Virus record (IMG/VR): IMGVR_UViG_3300042473_001368
Origin: a virus
Strand: one strand, 5' to 3'
Length of the DNA stretch: 64,000 nt
Shown here: one piece after another, positions 1 to 11,208 of the stretch
Position numbering within the stretch: position 1 is the stretch's first letter
How the letters are laid out: each line of letters starts with the position of its first letter
The notes under the pieces: generated by a model
Databases searched by the model: none
Told to the model about the DNA's origin: nothing
The model's input: only the letters and a program-made list of their open reading frames with translations
Translations under genes and position numbers: made by a program

Positions 1-216
1 TTGATCTTTCAGGGATGTGCTAGAAGAAAAGTTAAAGTTTAGGTTTTCTTCGAAGCATTTTGCTAAAAATGTATTAGTGCTACTTAATTCTTGCGAATTG
101 CTGTTAAACACAGAACCGGTATAAACAGTTGAGTCTATTACATTGATAAGTCCTGAATAAGATGATTCATTGAGGGTAAAATCAGATCCATCGGTGTATT
201 TAAAGTATGATATCAC
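1..216 (-). CDS. Partial hypothetical virion protein (5' part; runs off window start)
   Basis: GTG at 216 overlaps the TGA of the upstream ORF; frame MISYFKYTDGSDFTLNESS... stays open to position 1. Confidence 0.6.
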   Translation of the reverse strand, partial: MISYFKYTDGSDFTLNESSYSGLINVIDSTVYTGSVFNSNSQELSSTNTFLAKCFEENLNFNFSSSTSLKDQ

Positions 217-2435
217 AATATTTCGATAGTATTTATTGTTGCGTTTAGAGGCATTACATCAACTAACTCCGCCTTTATGGTTTGTATGAGTTCGTCGCGG
301 TCGCTGTTAGAGACTTCTAATCCATTCAAGAAGACATCGAATGTATTAGACTTACTAAAGTTCGAAGACTCGAGAATATTAATATGTTTAACATTATCTG
401 TTCTATTTCTCATACCACACGGAAGTGATATTGAATATGTATTGTAAATAGTGTTGTATTTTGTTACAAGTAACTCAAGTTCTTCTGATGTAAGCGGAGC
501 CAGACTCAAAAACACATCTGATAAGTAGTTAGAGCTTTCTTTAAGCGGTTGATCATTTACAACGAAGTCGCCATACACAATTACATTATAGGTAAGCGGT
601 TCAATGACTTCATTTATTACATTGTCTTCGTTTAGGAATACTTTAACCTCGCCTATATTGTTGTCAACATGACACACAACACTGTTTTTTGATCTAGCAG
701 GCAAGCTAATAGTTTTAGTAAAGGGGTTATACCTCGTTTTTAAATCGCTGCTAGCTACAGAAGCGTCGCTAGCTACAGAATTATAGAATGTTACAGTTAT
801 TATGATAGTGTCGTTATTGTATTCTACCTTTAATCCACCTTCAATAGAGTTGAACTTACTATACAATGTTATAAAGTCAGTTCCAGCATATTGATTAATA
901 TAAAATCCTAAAGTAAAGCCATTATTTCTATTAATTTGCGGATAATAGCCATTTATCGATGTGTCTACACTATTTTTTGATGTAAAGAAATCAATATTAT
1001 CAATATCTATGCGATCATACACATATGATGCAGAAGGCTCGAAGGCAAAATCACTTAATTTATCAAAATATTGTGTTTCAGCAACATTAGTCTTGAGACC
1101 TAAGTTCGAATTAATAAGTTTTTCAACATAACTCTCAAATGTATTATTGTAGATTGACGCTGTTAGTGTCTGCTCCTTTGTAGTGAGATTAGGATAATAA
1201 TATCTGTCAAGCCATGTGCATGTATCTGTAGTCTGGTTATAAGAAAGCCATGTACATAGATAGGTCGCACTCTCTCCAATATTGTTTATCTGTTCTTTGT
1301 ATACTTTATCAGCATACTTAGGAGTAGATGAGCCGAAGGCACCATTTGCAATAAATGTTGTATCATTAACATTAAGAACACTAAATGGAAACAGTGTATC
1401 ACTTGTTGTAAATCTGTTAATTCCTGGAACTATAACAAATGATTGGTTATAACACACATAGTTCAGTGAAAGTGTTGTGTCTTCTAACTGATCTATGTTG
1501 CGGTTTAAGGATGTATATGTTCTATAATTAGCAGCTGTATTGTCATTTGCTAGCCCAAGTGTATTAAACACACCAACTTCACCAACCTCACTGGTTTGGT
1601 TCTTTAGTAGCATGATATCATACAAGTTACTGTTATTATGATTTCTAGATAACAAGTAATTGTTGTTGAGGTTAGAAATTCTATCGTCTGCTGAAATGTT
1701 AAGACCTGATAGCGAGTAACTAATGTATTGCTGATCGATAAAATCTGGTAACTCTGTACCTACTTTTGTACTAATAGTAAAAGCATTTTCTAATATATTG
1801 TTAAACACATGTTGAGTGAAGTTGACTGCAGATAATTTACCCGCATTACTTGTAATAATAGAAGTATTGCCTGAGTTATCATACAATAAAACTAAATTAT
1901 TACCATTTAGAATGTATCTGAAATAATGCTCATTAGATACAATTAAAGGTGCACGCTTGAGTTTGCAATCACCGTTATCAACAACAATATACCTTGTAGA
2001 AGTGTTGTCATCATACGAAACAGTGCAATATTTATTGTCTATCAAATCGATAGTAAATTGATTATTTACATCTTGTATTTCCTGAGAGAAAAATAACCCT
2101 AATTTAGTATCAATATACTTTAAAAGATCCGTTTCGCCTTGTGCAACACTTACAAAATTGTTTGTACCCTGTTGAAGGGTTGTAGTTATTTTAGTAGGCT
2201 TAATATCTGACTTTACCTCAGATAATATCTGACCTAGCTGAGTATTGTTAGTTAGATAGAAGTTCGAGTAGTTTTTTGCATGAATATCTGTTACACCAGA
2301 CAATGCATTAGCAAAGCAAATAGCTACACCGCTTCCGAACAGTATATTACTCTGCTTAAATTCTGCTCCAGGGATGGTAGTCTTAAGTTCTTCAGATTTT
2401 ATTGAAGAAGCACTTATTGATACATAGGTAGACAT
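213..2435 (-). CDS. Large hypothetical virion structural protein
   Basis: 740-aa N/T/S-rich beta-type ORF in the late structural block. Confidence 0.6.
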   Translation of the reverse strand: MSTYVSISASSIKSEELKTTIPGAEFKQSNILFGSGVAICFANALSGVTDIHAKNYSNFYLTNNTQLGQILSEVKSDIKPTKITTTLQQGTNNFVSVAQGETDLLKYIDTKLGLFFSQEIQDVNNQFTIDLIDNKYCTVSYDDNTSTRYIVVDNGDCKLKRAPLIVSNEHYFRYILNGNNLVLLYDNSGNTSIITSNAGKLSAVNFTQHVFNNILENAFTISTKVGTELPDFIDQQYISYSLSGLNISADDRISNLNNNYLLSRNHNNSNLYDIMLLKNQTSEVGEVGVFNTLGLANDNTAANYRTYTSLNRNIDQLEDTTLSLNYVCYNQSFVIVPGINRFTTSDTLFPFSVLNVNDTTFIANGAFGSSTPKYADKVYKEQINNIGESATYLCTWLSYNQTTDTCTWLDRYYYPNLTTKEQTLTASIYNNTFESYVEKLINSNLGLKTNVAETQYFDKLSDFAFEPSASYVYDRIDIDNIDFFTSKNSVDTSINGYYPQINRNNGFTLGFYINQYAGTDFITLYSKFNSIEGGLKVEYNNDTIIITVTFYNSVASDASVASSDLKTRYNPFTKTISLPARSKNSVVCHVDNNIGEVKVFLNEDNVINEVIEPLTYNVIVYGDFVVNDQPLKESSNYLSDVFLSLAPLTSEELELLVTKYNTIYNTYSISLPCGMRNRTDNVKHINILESSNFSKSNTFDVFLNGLEVSNSDRDELIQTIKAELVDVMPLNATINTIEIL

Positions 2436-2456
2436 ACAGTATATGTATATTTAGCT

Positions 2457-2963
2457 CTACACACTTAAAACTGTATCAATAACAAACCCTTCATTCGCAG
2501 TATGAAGAGATATCATGTAATCACCAGATAAACTTAGATTATTAACACTGAGCACATTCAAATCACCTGCTTTGTTTATTAACGAAGGGTTAGTAATGTT
2601 AATAGGTACAAGAAATCTGCACGATGTGTTATCAAAGTAATTTACAAGTAGTTGCGCTGATAAAATACGTGTTAACGCTACGCTAGACGGTGAGTATTCG
2701 TGTGAATATGGCTTTATAACTGTATAGTCATACCCGAATGATATTTCGTTTACAACATTTAGCTGATCTGAGAAGAAATCATTGGCGTAAAACTCATTAT
2801 CAGTACCATCACCCCAATTAACTGTAATAGATAATAGAGGCTTGTCAGCAGACACAAACTGTGTATCGAGAACCAGGGTGGTTGTATCGTACATGTATGC
2901 TGTTGGCGAAACAACCAGAGTGGATGCGCTGTTAGAAGATAGATTTATTGTTTGTGTTGTCAT
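2457..2963 (-). CDS. PKD-like domain virion protein
   Basis: VNWGDG...HEY PKD-type signature. Confidence 0.55.
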   Translation of the reverse strand: MTTQTINLSSNSASTLVVSPTAYMYDTTTLVLDTQFVSADKPLLSITVNWGDGTDNEFYANDFFSDQLNVVNEISFGYDYTVIKPYSHEYSPSSVALTRILSAQLLVNYFDNTSCRFLVPINITNPSLINKAGDLNVLSVNNLSLSGDYMISLHTANEGFVIDTVLSV

Positions 2964-5900
2964 AATATCATTGCAGATGTGCTGAATGCTATGGTTTGTG
3001 ATGATAATAGTACAGAAAAGTTGCTTAGCGTACTTAAACTCGTGAATACTGTTGTATTACCTATACTACCTAAGTTTGTATATACAGATTTAGTAATAAC
3101 ATCACCCATTACATCCTTAAAGTTAATGAATACAAGAGTAGGAGACTTATTTTGATCTTTCGCAATATATGTAAGATTAAATGTTTGTGTTTCCTGCGTA
3201 AATGATATTACAGGAGCGGATGTCTCAGTGAATAGCACATTACTCTGTATAACATTATCGTCAACATATGTGGTATTATTCGGATATACAGTATGTACCT
3301 TATTATCTGCAAGGCTATACTTATAAATCATCGGAACGATTGATTGCGTATCTGTATTTGTTGTGTTGAATGCAGATAATGTAACAAAATATACATTAGA
3401 ATCTACTTTATACCTGTTAGATAGTTTGTTGAACGGATTAGCGTTATATTCCACAACTCTTCCTTCTGTTACAAGTAAATCAGATGAATTAGTGCCTGTA
3501 ACCTTATCTATAACAAGTAAAGAACTTGTCTGGATAAAGAGTGTATCATAAACAACATCAAAATCTCTTACACAGCTCGATAATTGCGCGATAACATTTG
3601 TAGTATAGCGGTTGCTTAGGTACGGTAGTGTGTTCAACAGTGTATCGACTTTTCCATTTCTGTCTTTTATGTATAATACACCATTCGTAGCGTCTCTAGT
3701 AACAAGATCAGCAGTAGTGCTGTTTGAAGACACATATTGTGTTACAGACTGAGGGTTTACTGCAGTCAGATCTAAAGATATTGTATCTAGATTGAATAAA
3801 TCACGTTCTACAGGTATAATAGTCTTAAAGAGAGCGCAATCGACATCATCAACACCATTGTCTCCAGAAACTCTTACACTTTGTGTAAATCTAGCTGTAA
3901 TACCCGGATAGAGAACAGTATCTCTTAACGGACGCACATAAGGTACTGCTGTAAACACGCCTGCTTCAAATAATTCACTGAAGTAGTATACACCAGTAGT
4001 TGATGTAGAGAATGTTGACAGGTCAGATGATATACTATCATTAAGAAGTTCAGTTCCTTTGATAACAAATGTAGCACAATCTCTAAATCCTAGATTGAGA
4101 GGAATTCTGTACTGTGTAGTTACATCAAAAGGTTCTTTTGCATATTGAAATGTATCTTTTGCAAATTTACCAAACTTAAGAGTGTATCTCGAACCGGTAG
4201 AACTGAATGCACCGGTAAATGTAGACAACCCAGGTACTATAATCTCATTTCCGCTTGATAAAGGCGTGAAATAGTTAAACGTATAACCATTACCGAAGTA
4301 ACTATCAAAGAACTTATAGCCATTAAAGACATTTGTATAGTTTAGAATAGGTTCACCTACTGTTACTGTTGATTCAAAGTTATTAGCTTTTAATAGACCG
4401 TATCTGTTACCGAAAATATCGTCTGCAAAATTATGAAAGTAACCACTATTTACTATATCACTTATATCATAGTTTGGATTAAGTGACTTAAGTGAAGTAT
4501 AACCATCAAACGTTATAAAGTTGTCAGATGTATTAGGACGATTTCGTGCGATGGTAAATAGATTACCATTTTTGAATGAATCTTCATTAAAGGAGAACGT
4601 AAGTACAGGTGTCTCGCTTCCGTACCTAAAAGGATCTGGGAAGTAATATGGCTTGTTGAAATCAGCTACATCAGCATCAAGAGTAAATGTAAATTGACCA
4701 GGTTCTACGATTATATTTGAGGTCTGAGGAGGTGTAAAGTAGCCAACATCACGTTTTGGTACAGTTACCTTGAATTCATCGGTAGTAGCTGATGAAGGAA
4801 AGTCTCTATTTAAGAAGTTAGACGCTGGTGATGTTGCTGCAAATAGCTTGTTGAATGATATATCGATACCAGTAAGAGCTATAAAACTCGTAACAGTAGT
4901 AGATAGAGTTGATTCAATTACAGGAGTTATAATCTGCGTATCACCTGCAGATGTTATAATAGTTATTGTAGGCGGTAGCTGAGGTGGTATTACTTCAGGT
5001 TCCTTTAGTAATATATTGATAAGCGATTGTCTCGCTTTTAACCATTGATCATAACCTAAGATGCTTGTTGAATAACTGTAACTATCATGAAATTGTAGCT
5101 CGTTATTGTTAGTCTTAGCGTATATAGCAGGTATACCATATAAGAAAGCTTCTATATTAAAATCTGTAGGTACAACTACATCTCTTGCTACAATATACCC
5201 GAAATCTTTTGCTGTATTTTTATTTTGAACAAACTCTTTACCGTTAATGCTCCAGATAATTTTATCGAACAAATAGATCTGTGACGGGTATCCAAGACTT
5301 AATCTAATATATACATCTACTACACCGTTCTCTTTGTAGACAGGTAGCATGCTAAGGTTATCATACTTTACGTATCCGTCAATACCTAATACAGGTTTAA
5401 CGAAGTAGTTGTCAGCTGGATTAACTAAGCCATTATCAAAGTCGAGGTAATTTCGTGATCTATGATATTCAGAATAGATTGCTCCTGCAGCATCTTCAAA
5501 AACAAGAATACACCCTGGTAGGAATGGGTTGACATTGTGCGATGTGTATGTGTGCTTATGAGTAATGTACTGGTTAATGAACGGAGTAGTTTCATCGTAC
5601 ACAACAGGCGTCATATCATATGTGCCATCATCGTGATTCCAGAAAATATACTTCAGCTCACGCGTAACAGGAACCGTAAACCTACACTCAATAGGAAATG
5701 TATCTGTTGTACTCGGCGTTAGGTTGAATCCATATGTCTTTAGTTTAGAAACACTTATTGTCGGTACACTGACAATAATGTTAACGCGGTCTTGGAAGAC
5801 GATATCTGGTGATTGTAAAGCTAGTTTATACTTTGTAGTACCTTTACGCACATAAAGTGCAGCATTTGGAGAGTAGCTAAGCTCTGAAGGTAATAAACGG

Positions 5901-6640
5901 TAGTAGTATACACTTTTACTAAGGTCTTCTGTTATAGGAGAACCTAAAACAGTTGTTACGCTAGTTGAACCATCACCGTACACCCACTCGATGTAATCGA
6001 TATCTACACGACCAGCAATATTCGAGATAAGAAATTCAACAGGTGACGGTAAACTACTGAGAACTGACTGTGTAGTTCTTAATACAGGTAAATTGTTATC
6101 GGTAAATAGTAAATTTGTTCCATTTGTGGTTGTATATTCTTGTGAGATAGTACTCCAACCATCAGGAATGCTATATGTAGCATTTTCGTTACCAATTAAG
6201 CTACCAGGTAGGTAGTCAGGTGGAACCACCTTTGCGCTATTATAAACATTAAATGCAGTTTGTGTACCGACATAGCTTATATCATCAACAGTAGTAAGAG
6301 TAGCTTGTACATTGTATACACCTGCATTTTCGTACTGGTGTGTTATAGTAAACATCGGTGCAGCTACCTTTGCAATAGCTGCAGCTGTGTTTTGCCAATC
6401 AGGAAAGAACCCTGTGTATCTAGATAGCTCAGCTACAATTTGATTGTACTTTGCAATGCCACTACTAGCAGCTACAGTAGTTGTAGTACCGTCACCAAAA
6501 TCTAGAGTAACAGAAGCAAACTCAGTTGACGTTGGATATAATGTACCAATAGCAAATACACCTGTATTTTCCCCTAAAGAAGATTGACGTTGTATAGGAA
6601 AATCAAGAATAAGTGAGTTAACTTGCGTATTTGTAGACAT
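2960..6640 (-). CDS. Large multi-PKD-like virion protein
   Basis: 1226 aa; repeated DFGDG/VYGDG/NHDDG and HQY/HTY motifs; late promoter at 6648-6654. Confidence 0.6.
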   Translation of the reverse strand: MSTNTQVNSLILDFPIQRQSSLGENTGVFAIGTLYPTSTEFASVTLDFGDGTTTTVAASSGIAKYNQIVAELSRYTGFFPDWQNTAAAIAKVAAPMFTITHQYENAGVYNVQATLTTVDDISYVGTQTAFNVYNSAKVVPPDYLPGSLIGNENATYSIPDGWSTISQEYTTTNGTNLLFTDNNLPVLRTTQSVLSSLPSPVEFLISNIAGRVDIDYIEWVYGDGSTSVTTVLGSPITEDLSKSVYYYRLLPSELSYSPNAALYVRKGTTKYKLALQSPDIVFQDRVNIIVSVPTISVSKLKTYGFNLTPSTTDTFPIECRFTVPVTRELKYIFWNHDDGTYDMTPVVYDETTPFINQYITHKHTYTSHNVNPFLPGCILVFEDAAGAIYSEYHRSRNYLDFDNGLVNPADNYFVKPVLGIDGYVKYDNLSMLPVYKENGVVDVYIRLSLGYPSQIYLFDKIIWSINGKEFVQNKNTAKDFGYIVARDVVVPTDFNIEAFLYGIPAIYAKTNNNELQFHDSYSYSTSILGYDQWLKARQSLINILLKEPEVIPPQLPPTITIITSAGDTQIITPVIESTLSTTVTSFIALTGIDISFNKLFAATSPASNFLNRDFPSSATTDEFKVTVPKRDVGYFTPPQTSNIIVEPGQFTFTLDADVADFNKPYYFPDPFRYGSETPVLTFSFNEDSFKNGNLFTIARNRPNTSDNFITFDGYTSLKSLNPNYDISDIVNSGYFHNFADDIFGNRYGLLKANNFESTVTVGEPILNYTNVFNGYKFFDSYFGNGYTFNYFTPLSSGNEIIVPGLSTFTGAFSSTGSRYTLKFGKFAKDTFQYAKEPFDVTTQYRIPLNLGFRDCATFVIKGTELLNDSISSDLSTFSTSTTGVYYFSELFEAGVFTAVPYVRPLRDTVLYPGITARFTQSVRVSGDNGVDDVDCALFKTIIPVERDLFNLDTISLDLTAVNPQSVTQYVSSNSTTADLVTRDATNGVLYIKDRNGKVDTLLNTLPYLSNRYTTNVIAQLSSCVRDFDVVYDTLFIQTSSLLVIDKVTGTNSSDLLVTEGRVVEYNANPFNKLSNRYKVDSNVYFVTLSAFNTTNTDTQSIVPMIYKYSLADNKVHTVYPNNTTYVDDNVIQSNVLFTETSAPVISFTQETQTFNLTYIAKDQNKSPTLVFINFKDVMGDVITKSVYTNLGSIGNTTVFTSLSTLSNFSVLLSSQTIAFSTSAMIL

Positions 6641-6670
6641 CTAAATGTATTTATCTACTCTTGATGGATA

Positions 6671-8983
6671 TCACGGTCCTGTTGTGGGAGGTGAAGTGGT
6701 AGTTGGAGCTGATGTTGTAGTCGTAGTAGTTGTTGTTGTAGTTGTGGTCTCTGTGTCTGTATCGTAAGTCACATCATTAGACGGTTCAGCAGGTGTCGGC
6801 GAACTACGTTTTCCGCGAGGTCCGCTTGTATTGCCTTCATCGCAAAGAGGACACTCAGTAGTTTCTGGCGCTGGCTGTTGATCGCCGCCATCGCCATCAG
6901 GTGACGGTGTTACTTCGCTACTTGAAGGAGACGGTGTTACGCTACTACCTCCATCTGCCGGTTTCTCAGGGGGAACAATATCACCAGGTGTATCATAATC
7001 GCATGGGTCACATGGAGTTGACGATTGCTCAGGTGTAGAAGAACTTGTCGATGGCGGGGTTAGGGTTGTAGTAGATGATGTAGTCGATGAACAGCAATCA
7101 GACTCTTTAGAACCTTCGAGAGTGTATTTCACCGTTGCAGTAGGATAACATGGATTTCCTGATACAGCGCCACCGTAAGGTGTCATGTCTGCGTCTCCAT
7201 TTTTTATATCTTCGCCGAGTTGTCTCAATCTATTTTGCGTTTCATTGTCAAACGAGTCAAGTCTATATCTTTTAAATCCTCCCTTACCATCTGGAACAGT
7301 GACAGTATCATTGTCTACAGACGATATCTGTTCATCGAGAAATTCCCAACTATCATTATCACGCAATGTTTCTGATTCTACTGTCACTTCACCGCCTCCG
7401 CCTATCATAAACGAGACGCGTGGGCTTTCTATAAATTCAAATTCAACGCTATCGCATTTTACAGGTACAAATGTTTCATTAGTGTACTCTACTTTACCAT
7501 CACTGACAGGAGTACGAGTAGGTACTCGAGTATCGCCAATAGAGCCGCCAAGATCAGGTTCGACCTCTACATGTGTCGCAGGAGGGCACGCACCATATGT
7601 AACAGAACACGTCCATTTTAGAGTGTACCCTTCAAGACATCCATCTAGATCAAAAAGAGGCACAGGTGCTTCTTGATTAATTGTTAGAGCTACACTTTCA
7701 CAGCAATTTTTTGGTTCTTCTGGCTTAGGTGCAGGCTTAGGCTCTGGTTTAGGGTCAGGCTTAGGCTTAGGGTCTGGCTTTGGAGCTGTAGGTGGCGGCG
7801 GTGGTTTAGGTGTCGGCGGTTTAGTCGCTGGCGGAGGTAGCGTTAAACTAGGCGATGTTGTTGTACTAATAGGGCGAGTTGTTGTAGTTGCTGGCACGCA
7901 ATCACTTTGTTGCGTGCACTTTTTACCTGAAAGAATAGGAGTGTTTGATGTTATATCAAACATATCACTAACGCAATCATAGTGAACAGCACCTGATACT
8001 ACTTGTACTGCTGTATATGCTGTATCGTTACACTTAAGTACTGTGAGTGTAGCAGGACCATTTACTGTAATACAGTAGCAAGGCTGATTAGCTAATATTT
8101 TCTTAAGAAGCAATTCTCTATTATAGAGAATATTATAGTCTGCGTTTATTCTAACAACAGGTATATTGCTTATGATAGGTGATGCAGATAAGTAAAAGAA
8201 ATCAGCACCCATATACTTTTTCGTCAGCTCGCGCTTATTATCAAATATCGAATCTACTTCATTTACTATTTTAAATTCATTTGATGTCTGTGAGAACACA
8301 GAAGCTACTAACTCAGCATTGCTTTTAAGAAAGATATCGAGATTGTAGTCTCTGTCCTTGTTGTTATATTCACGTACATCAGGAGTCTTGTTAAAGAACG
8401 ACGATGCATTATACCTTTCACCTACGATAACATCAAGATTTTGAATAGATTTTGAAGCGTCATCTCTGTTTTGCTTATTTTGAAAAAAGCTTACAATTAT
8501 CTCTTTAACTGTAGTAGCAACACCTTTATTTGAACCCTTTAACTTCTTTCTAGTTGCTTCAAGTACAATATCATCACGTTTCTTACTATAGTATAGAGCG
8601 ATTTCTTTTATCTTTCTGCTTATAAACGATAGGGCAACATCAAGATCGTTAGGATTTGTGTAGTCTATCTTTTGAAGGAATATTTGCTCCTCACGAGTAG
8701 TGTAGTTAAGGGTTATTTCCTTAATAAAAGTAGTATATGCATCAACTATCTGTGTGTCTGTTGATGACTGTACAGAAGTTTTTATTCTATTCCACTTTGT
8801 AAGGTAGTAATTATAGTATGAAGTTATCTCTGTGTGGCTTGTAAACCTACTAACCGCTTTAATAAACTCAAGAAGCGTAAAAGGGTTGGATACATCAGTC
8901 GCAAATTGCTTATCAACTGATATATTTGTTATAGATAATGGAACCTCAGGATATCCAAATTTATGATTACTATCCATCTGCAT
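6671..8983 (-). CDS. Virion protein with Cys-rich and Pro/Thr/Ser mucin-like C-terminal half
   Basis: 770 aa; PKPDPKPKP and poly-Thr tracts, paired Cys; overlaps adjacent structural genes. Confidence 0.6.
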   Translation of the reverse strand: MQMDSNHKFGYPEVPLSITNISVDKQFATDVSNPFTLLEFIKAVSRFTSHTEITSYYNYYLTKWNRIKTSVQSSTDTQIVDAYTTFIKEITLNYTTREEQIFLQKIDYTNPNDLDVALSFISRKIKEIALYYSKKRDDIVLEATRKKLKGSNKGVATTVKEIIVSFFQNKQNRDDASKSIQNLDVIVGERYNASSFFNKTPDVREYNNKDRDYNLDIFLKSNAELVASVFSQTSNEFKIVNEVDSIFDNKRELTKKYMGADFFYLSASPIISNIPVVRINADYNILYNRELLLKKILANQPCYCITVNGPATLTVLKCNDTAYTAVQVVSGAVHYDCVSDMFDITSNTPILSGKKCTQQSDCVPATTTTRPISTTTSPSLTLPPPATKPPTPKPPPPPTAPKPDPKPKPDPKPEPKPAPKPEEPKNCCESVALTINQEAPVPLFDLDGCLEGYTLKWTCSVTYGACPPATHVEVEPDLGGSIGDTRVPTRTPVSDGKVEYTNETFVPVKCDSVEFEFIESPRVSFMIGGGGEVTVESETLRDNDSWEFLDEQISSVDNDTVTVPDGKGGFKRYRLDSFDNETQNRLRQLGEDIKNGDADMTPYGGAVSGNPCYPTATVKYTLEGSKESDCCSSTTSSTTTLTPPSTSSSTPEQSSTPCDPCDYDTPGDIVPPEKPADGGSSVTPSPSSSEVTPSPDGDGGDQQPAPETTECPLCDEGNTSGPRGKRSSPTPAEPSNDVTYDTDTETTTTTTTTTTTTSAPTTTSPPTTGP

Positions 8984-11208
8984 TATTTAGTAAGCGACAG
9001 TGACTGATACAGTGTATCTGAAATGATATTTTCGTAGATACCAGACTTGTCTAATAACAGAGTATTATCAATATCAAAAGGAACAGTTGTATGTGTAAAG
9101 TTGAGAACTCCACCAACAATATTACCCGCTATCTGTGAATCAAACTCATAGAAGTCGTAGTATGTGTTAATCGACTGCAATGATGTATCTTGTGGCAAAA
9201 CAAGAGGCCATCCCCAGTTAGGGTTATAGCTAGATAGCTTATACGAAGATGCAGTAGGAGTTGAAGCACACAAAGGCTGATATGTGTTTAACAGTTTGTA
9301 TATCTTACTAAATTTCTCATATGCTACAATATCTGTACCGGCAGTTATTGTATAAGTAGTTGTATCAATCTTATCTCCTAGGTTTTTGCCATATACATCT
9401 TTTGTTGTATACCCGAAATCACTAAAGTTTTCGTTAAACTTGTTGGTTGTGCCGAAAAGCTTATCTCTATTAACTGAGAGAAGATTTACAATACGTTGAA
9501 TCTTGTTAGGGAAGTTGAGAAGGTTTTTATCAAACATAACAGAATTGTTTGACATTAAATCTGCATATGACATGAGATTTATCACTTCTGCAGTACTAAT
9601 ATTTGTATTGTTGTTAATAAAATTACTAATACGTTCATACAACTTATTACCAAGTGCTTCGACATCTACACTATCGTTTCCGAAGATTGTTCCTAAGAAC
9701 TCCTCGAATAGCATAGGTTTATCCATTAAGGTTTCTTGGAATATCAGACTCTTGAACATTTGCTCGAAGTCATAGTCTTCATTGAGCTTAACAAGCTTGT
9801 AGTAGTTAAGTGGATAAATATTGAAAGTGTTCGAGTTCGCACTAACAGGATCTGCTTCTGTTGTTAGAGTAACTAGTGATTCAGTTGTTATAAACTCGTC
9901 TAACTCTGTGTTAATAGTATCGACATACGCAGCACTTAGATAAACACTTGTAAGCGGACTTGATAGTGTACCTGTATATGTAAGGTAACCTCTAAAATAA
10001 CCTCCGCCTGATAGTGAAGACAGTGTTGACTGCAAGCTACTGATTGAATAGCTACCAGTTTGAACGTTGTTTCCGACAAGGTTAAAAGTAATGTTATCTG
10101 GATAAGCTAGAGGTTCATAGTTTTTGACTTTATTACCAACAGAATCTGTTAAACACGCAACAAAGTGAATATTAGTATCTACAAACTTATTCTTATCAAT
10201 ATTAAAGATACTATTCGGGTAACCATCACCTGTAATACCATTAGATGTTATTACAACCTTTGTAGGTGTATTAGCTGCTACGCTACCCGATAGTGTTACA
10301 TTAAGCGTATTAGATGTATTATCATTATATCTATCAAAGGAGATGTTGAACAACTCTGTAGGCGCATCATCCCTATAAAAGACAATACCTGTTCCTCTAT
10401 ACCCGACAAGTTCTTTTTCACTACTGTATTCATATGATTGTGTAAGTTGAGATCCATCTAGCTTGACATATACTGCTGTAAGAGGCAATTGTATATTTGA
10501 AACCTGTTGAATATCATACGAAGATATAGAATCTACGTATGTTCGCGTAAACAGACTGTTGTATATTTCAAGGTGATTGTATAGATTATCAGGTAAATTG
10601 AAATAATTTACTGATTTTGCACCGCTTAGTGTATATCTAATAGTTGAAACTCTCTTTAACTCTTCAGCTGTAGGTTCTAATACAGTAACAGAGGGTGAAG
10701 GTTGATCGATAGGGATGGTTATCTTTGTCTTCTGAAGACTTTTAGGTATAAACTCAAAAGACTGACTGCTTTTAACAGGAGCAGTTACTGTACGTCTGTT
10801 AAACAGTCGTATTGGTAGTGTCTGAGTAACAGATAACGCAGGACTAAGACATCCTGCAGTAAGTGCTAGTGATGAGCACTCGATATTAAAGTTATCTTCA
10901 ATATAATCTTTAATTAAAATGCTTTTTGATATACTTGAACGTATTACTTCGTTGTTTGTCGAGTACACCATTAAAGATACAGTATATCTCCCGGGTTTTT
11001 TGTAGATGTGTCGCGGAGAATACTCCTCTACGAACGTTCCATCACCTGTAGACCATATAAGCCGTGTAAACCCTGTTACAGTTGAGGATATTACAGGTAC
11101 AAACTGCACAGGAGTGCAGTCTAGATTATAAGATGAAAGTGATGTTACACTTCCTGTATAATCTTTAACATTAAAATCGTAGTACTCAGTTGTGTTAATA
11201 TTACTCAT
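8983..11208 (-). CDS. PKD-domain virion/baseplate-associated protein
   Basis: WSTGDG...PRHIYKKPGRYTVSLMV PKD signature; directly downstream of gp6. Confidence 0.65.
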   Translation of the reverse strand: MSNINTTEYYDFNVKDYTGSVTSLSSYNLDCTPVQFVPVISSTVTGFTRLIWSTGDGTFVEEYSPRHIYKKPGRYTVSLMVYSTNNEVIRSSISKSILIKDYIEDNFNIECSSLALTAGCLSPALSVTQTLPIRLFNRRTVTAPVKSSQSFEFIPKSLQKTKITIPIDQPSPSVTVLEPTAEELKRVSTIRYTLSGAKSVNYFNLPDNLYNHLEIYNSLFTRTYVDSISSYDIQQVSNIQLPLTAVYVKLDGSQLTQSYEYSSEKELVGYRGTGIVFYRDDAPTELFNISFDRYNDNTSNTLNVTLSGSVAANTPTKVVITSNGITGDGYPNSIFNIDKNKFVDTNIHFVACLTDSVGNKVKNYEPLAYPDNITFNLVGNNVQTGSYSISSLQSTLSSLSGGGYFRGYLTYTGTLSSPLTSVYLSAAYVDTINTELDEFITTESLVTLTTEADPVSANSNTFNIYPLNYYKLVKLNEDYDFEQMFKSLIFQETLMDKPMLFEEFLGTIFGNDSVDVEALGNKLYERISNFINNNTNISTAEVINLMSYADLMSNNSVMFDKNLLNFPNKIQRIVNLLSVNRDKLFGTTNKFNENFSDFGYTTKDVYGKNLGDKIDTTTYTITAGTDIVAYEKFSKIYKLLNTYQPLCASTPTASSYKLSSYNPNWGWPLVLPQDTSLQSINTYYDFYEFDSQIAGNIVGGVLNFTHTTVPFDIDNTLLLDKSGIYENIISDTLYQSLSLTK

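Noticed and set aside
7185-7676. 163-aa plus-strand ORF within the mucin-like gene
   Set aside because: Antisense artefact of a low-complexity Ser/Thr/Pro coding region.
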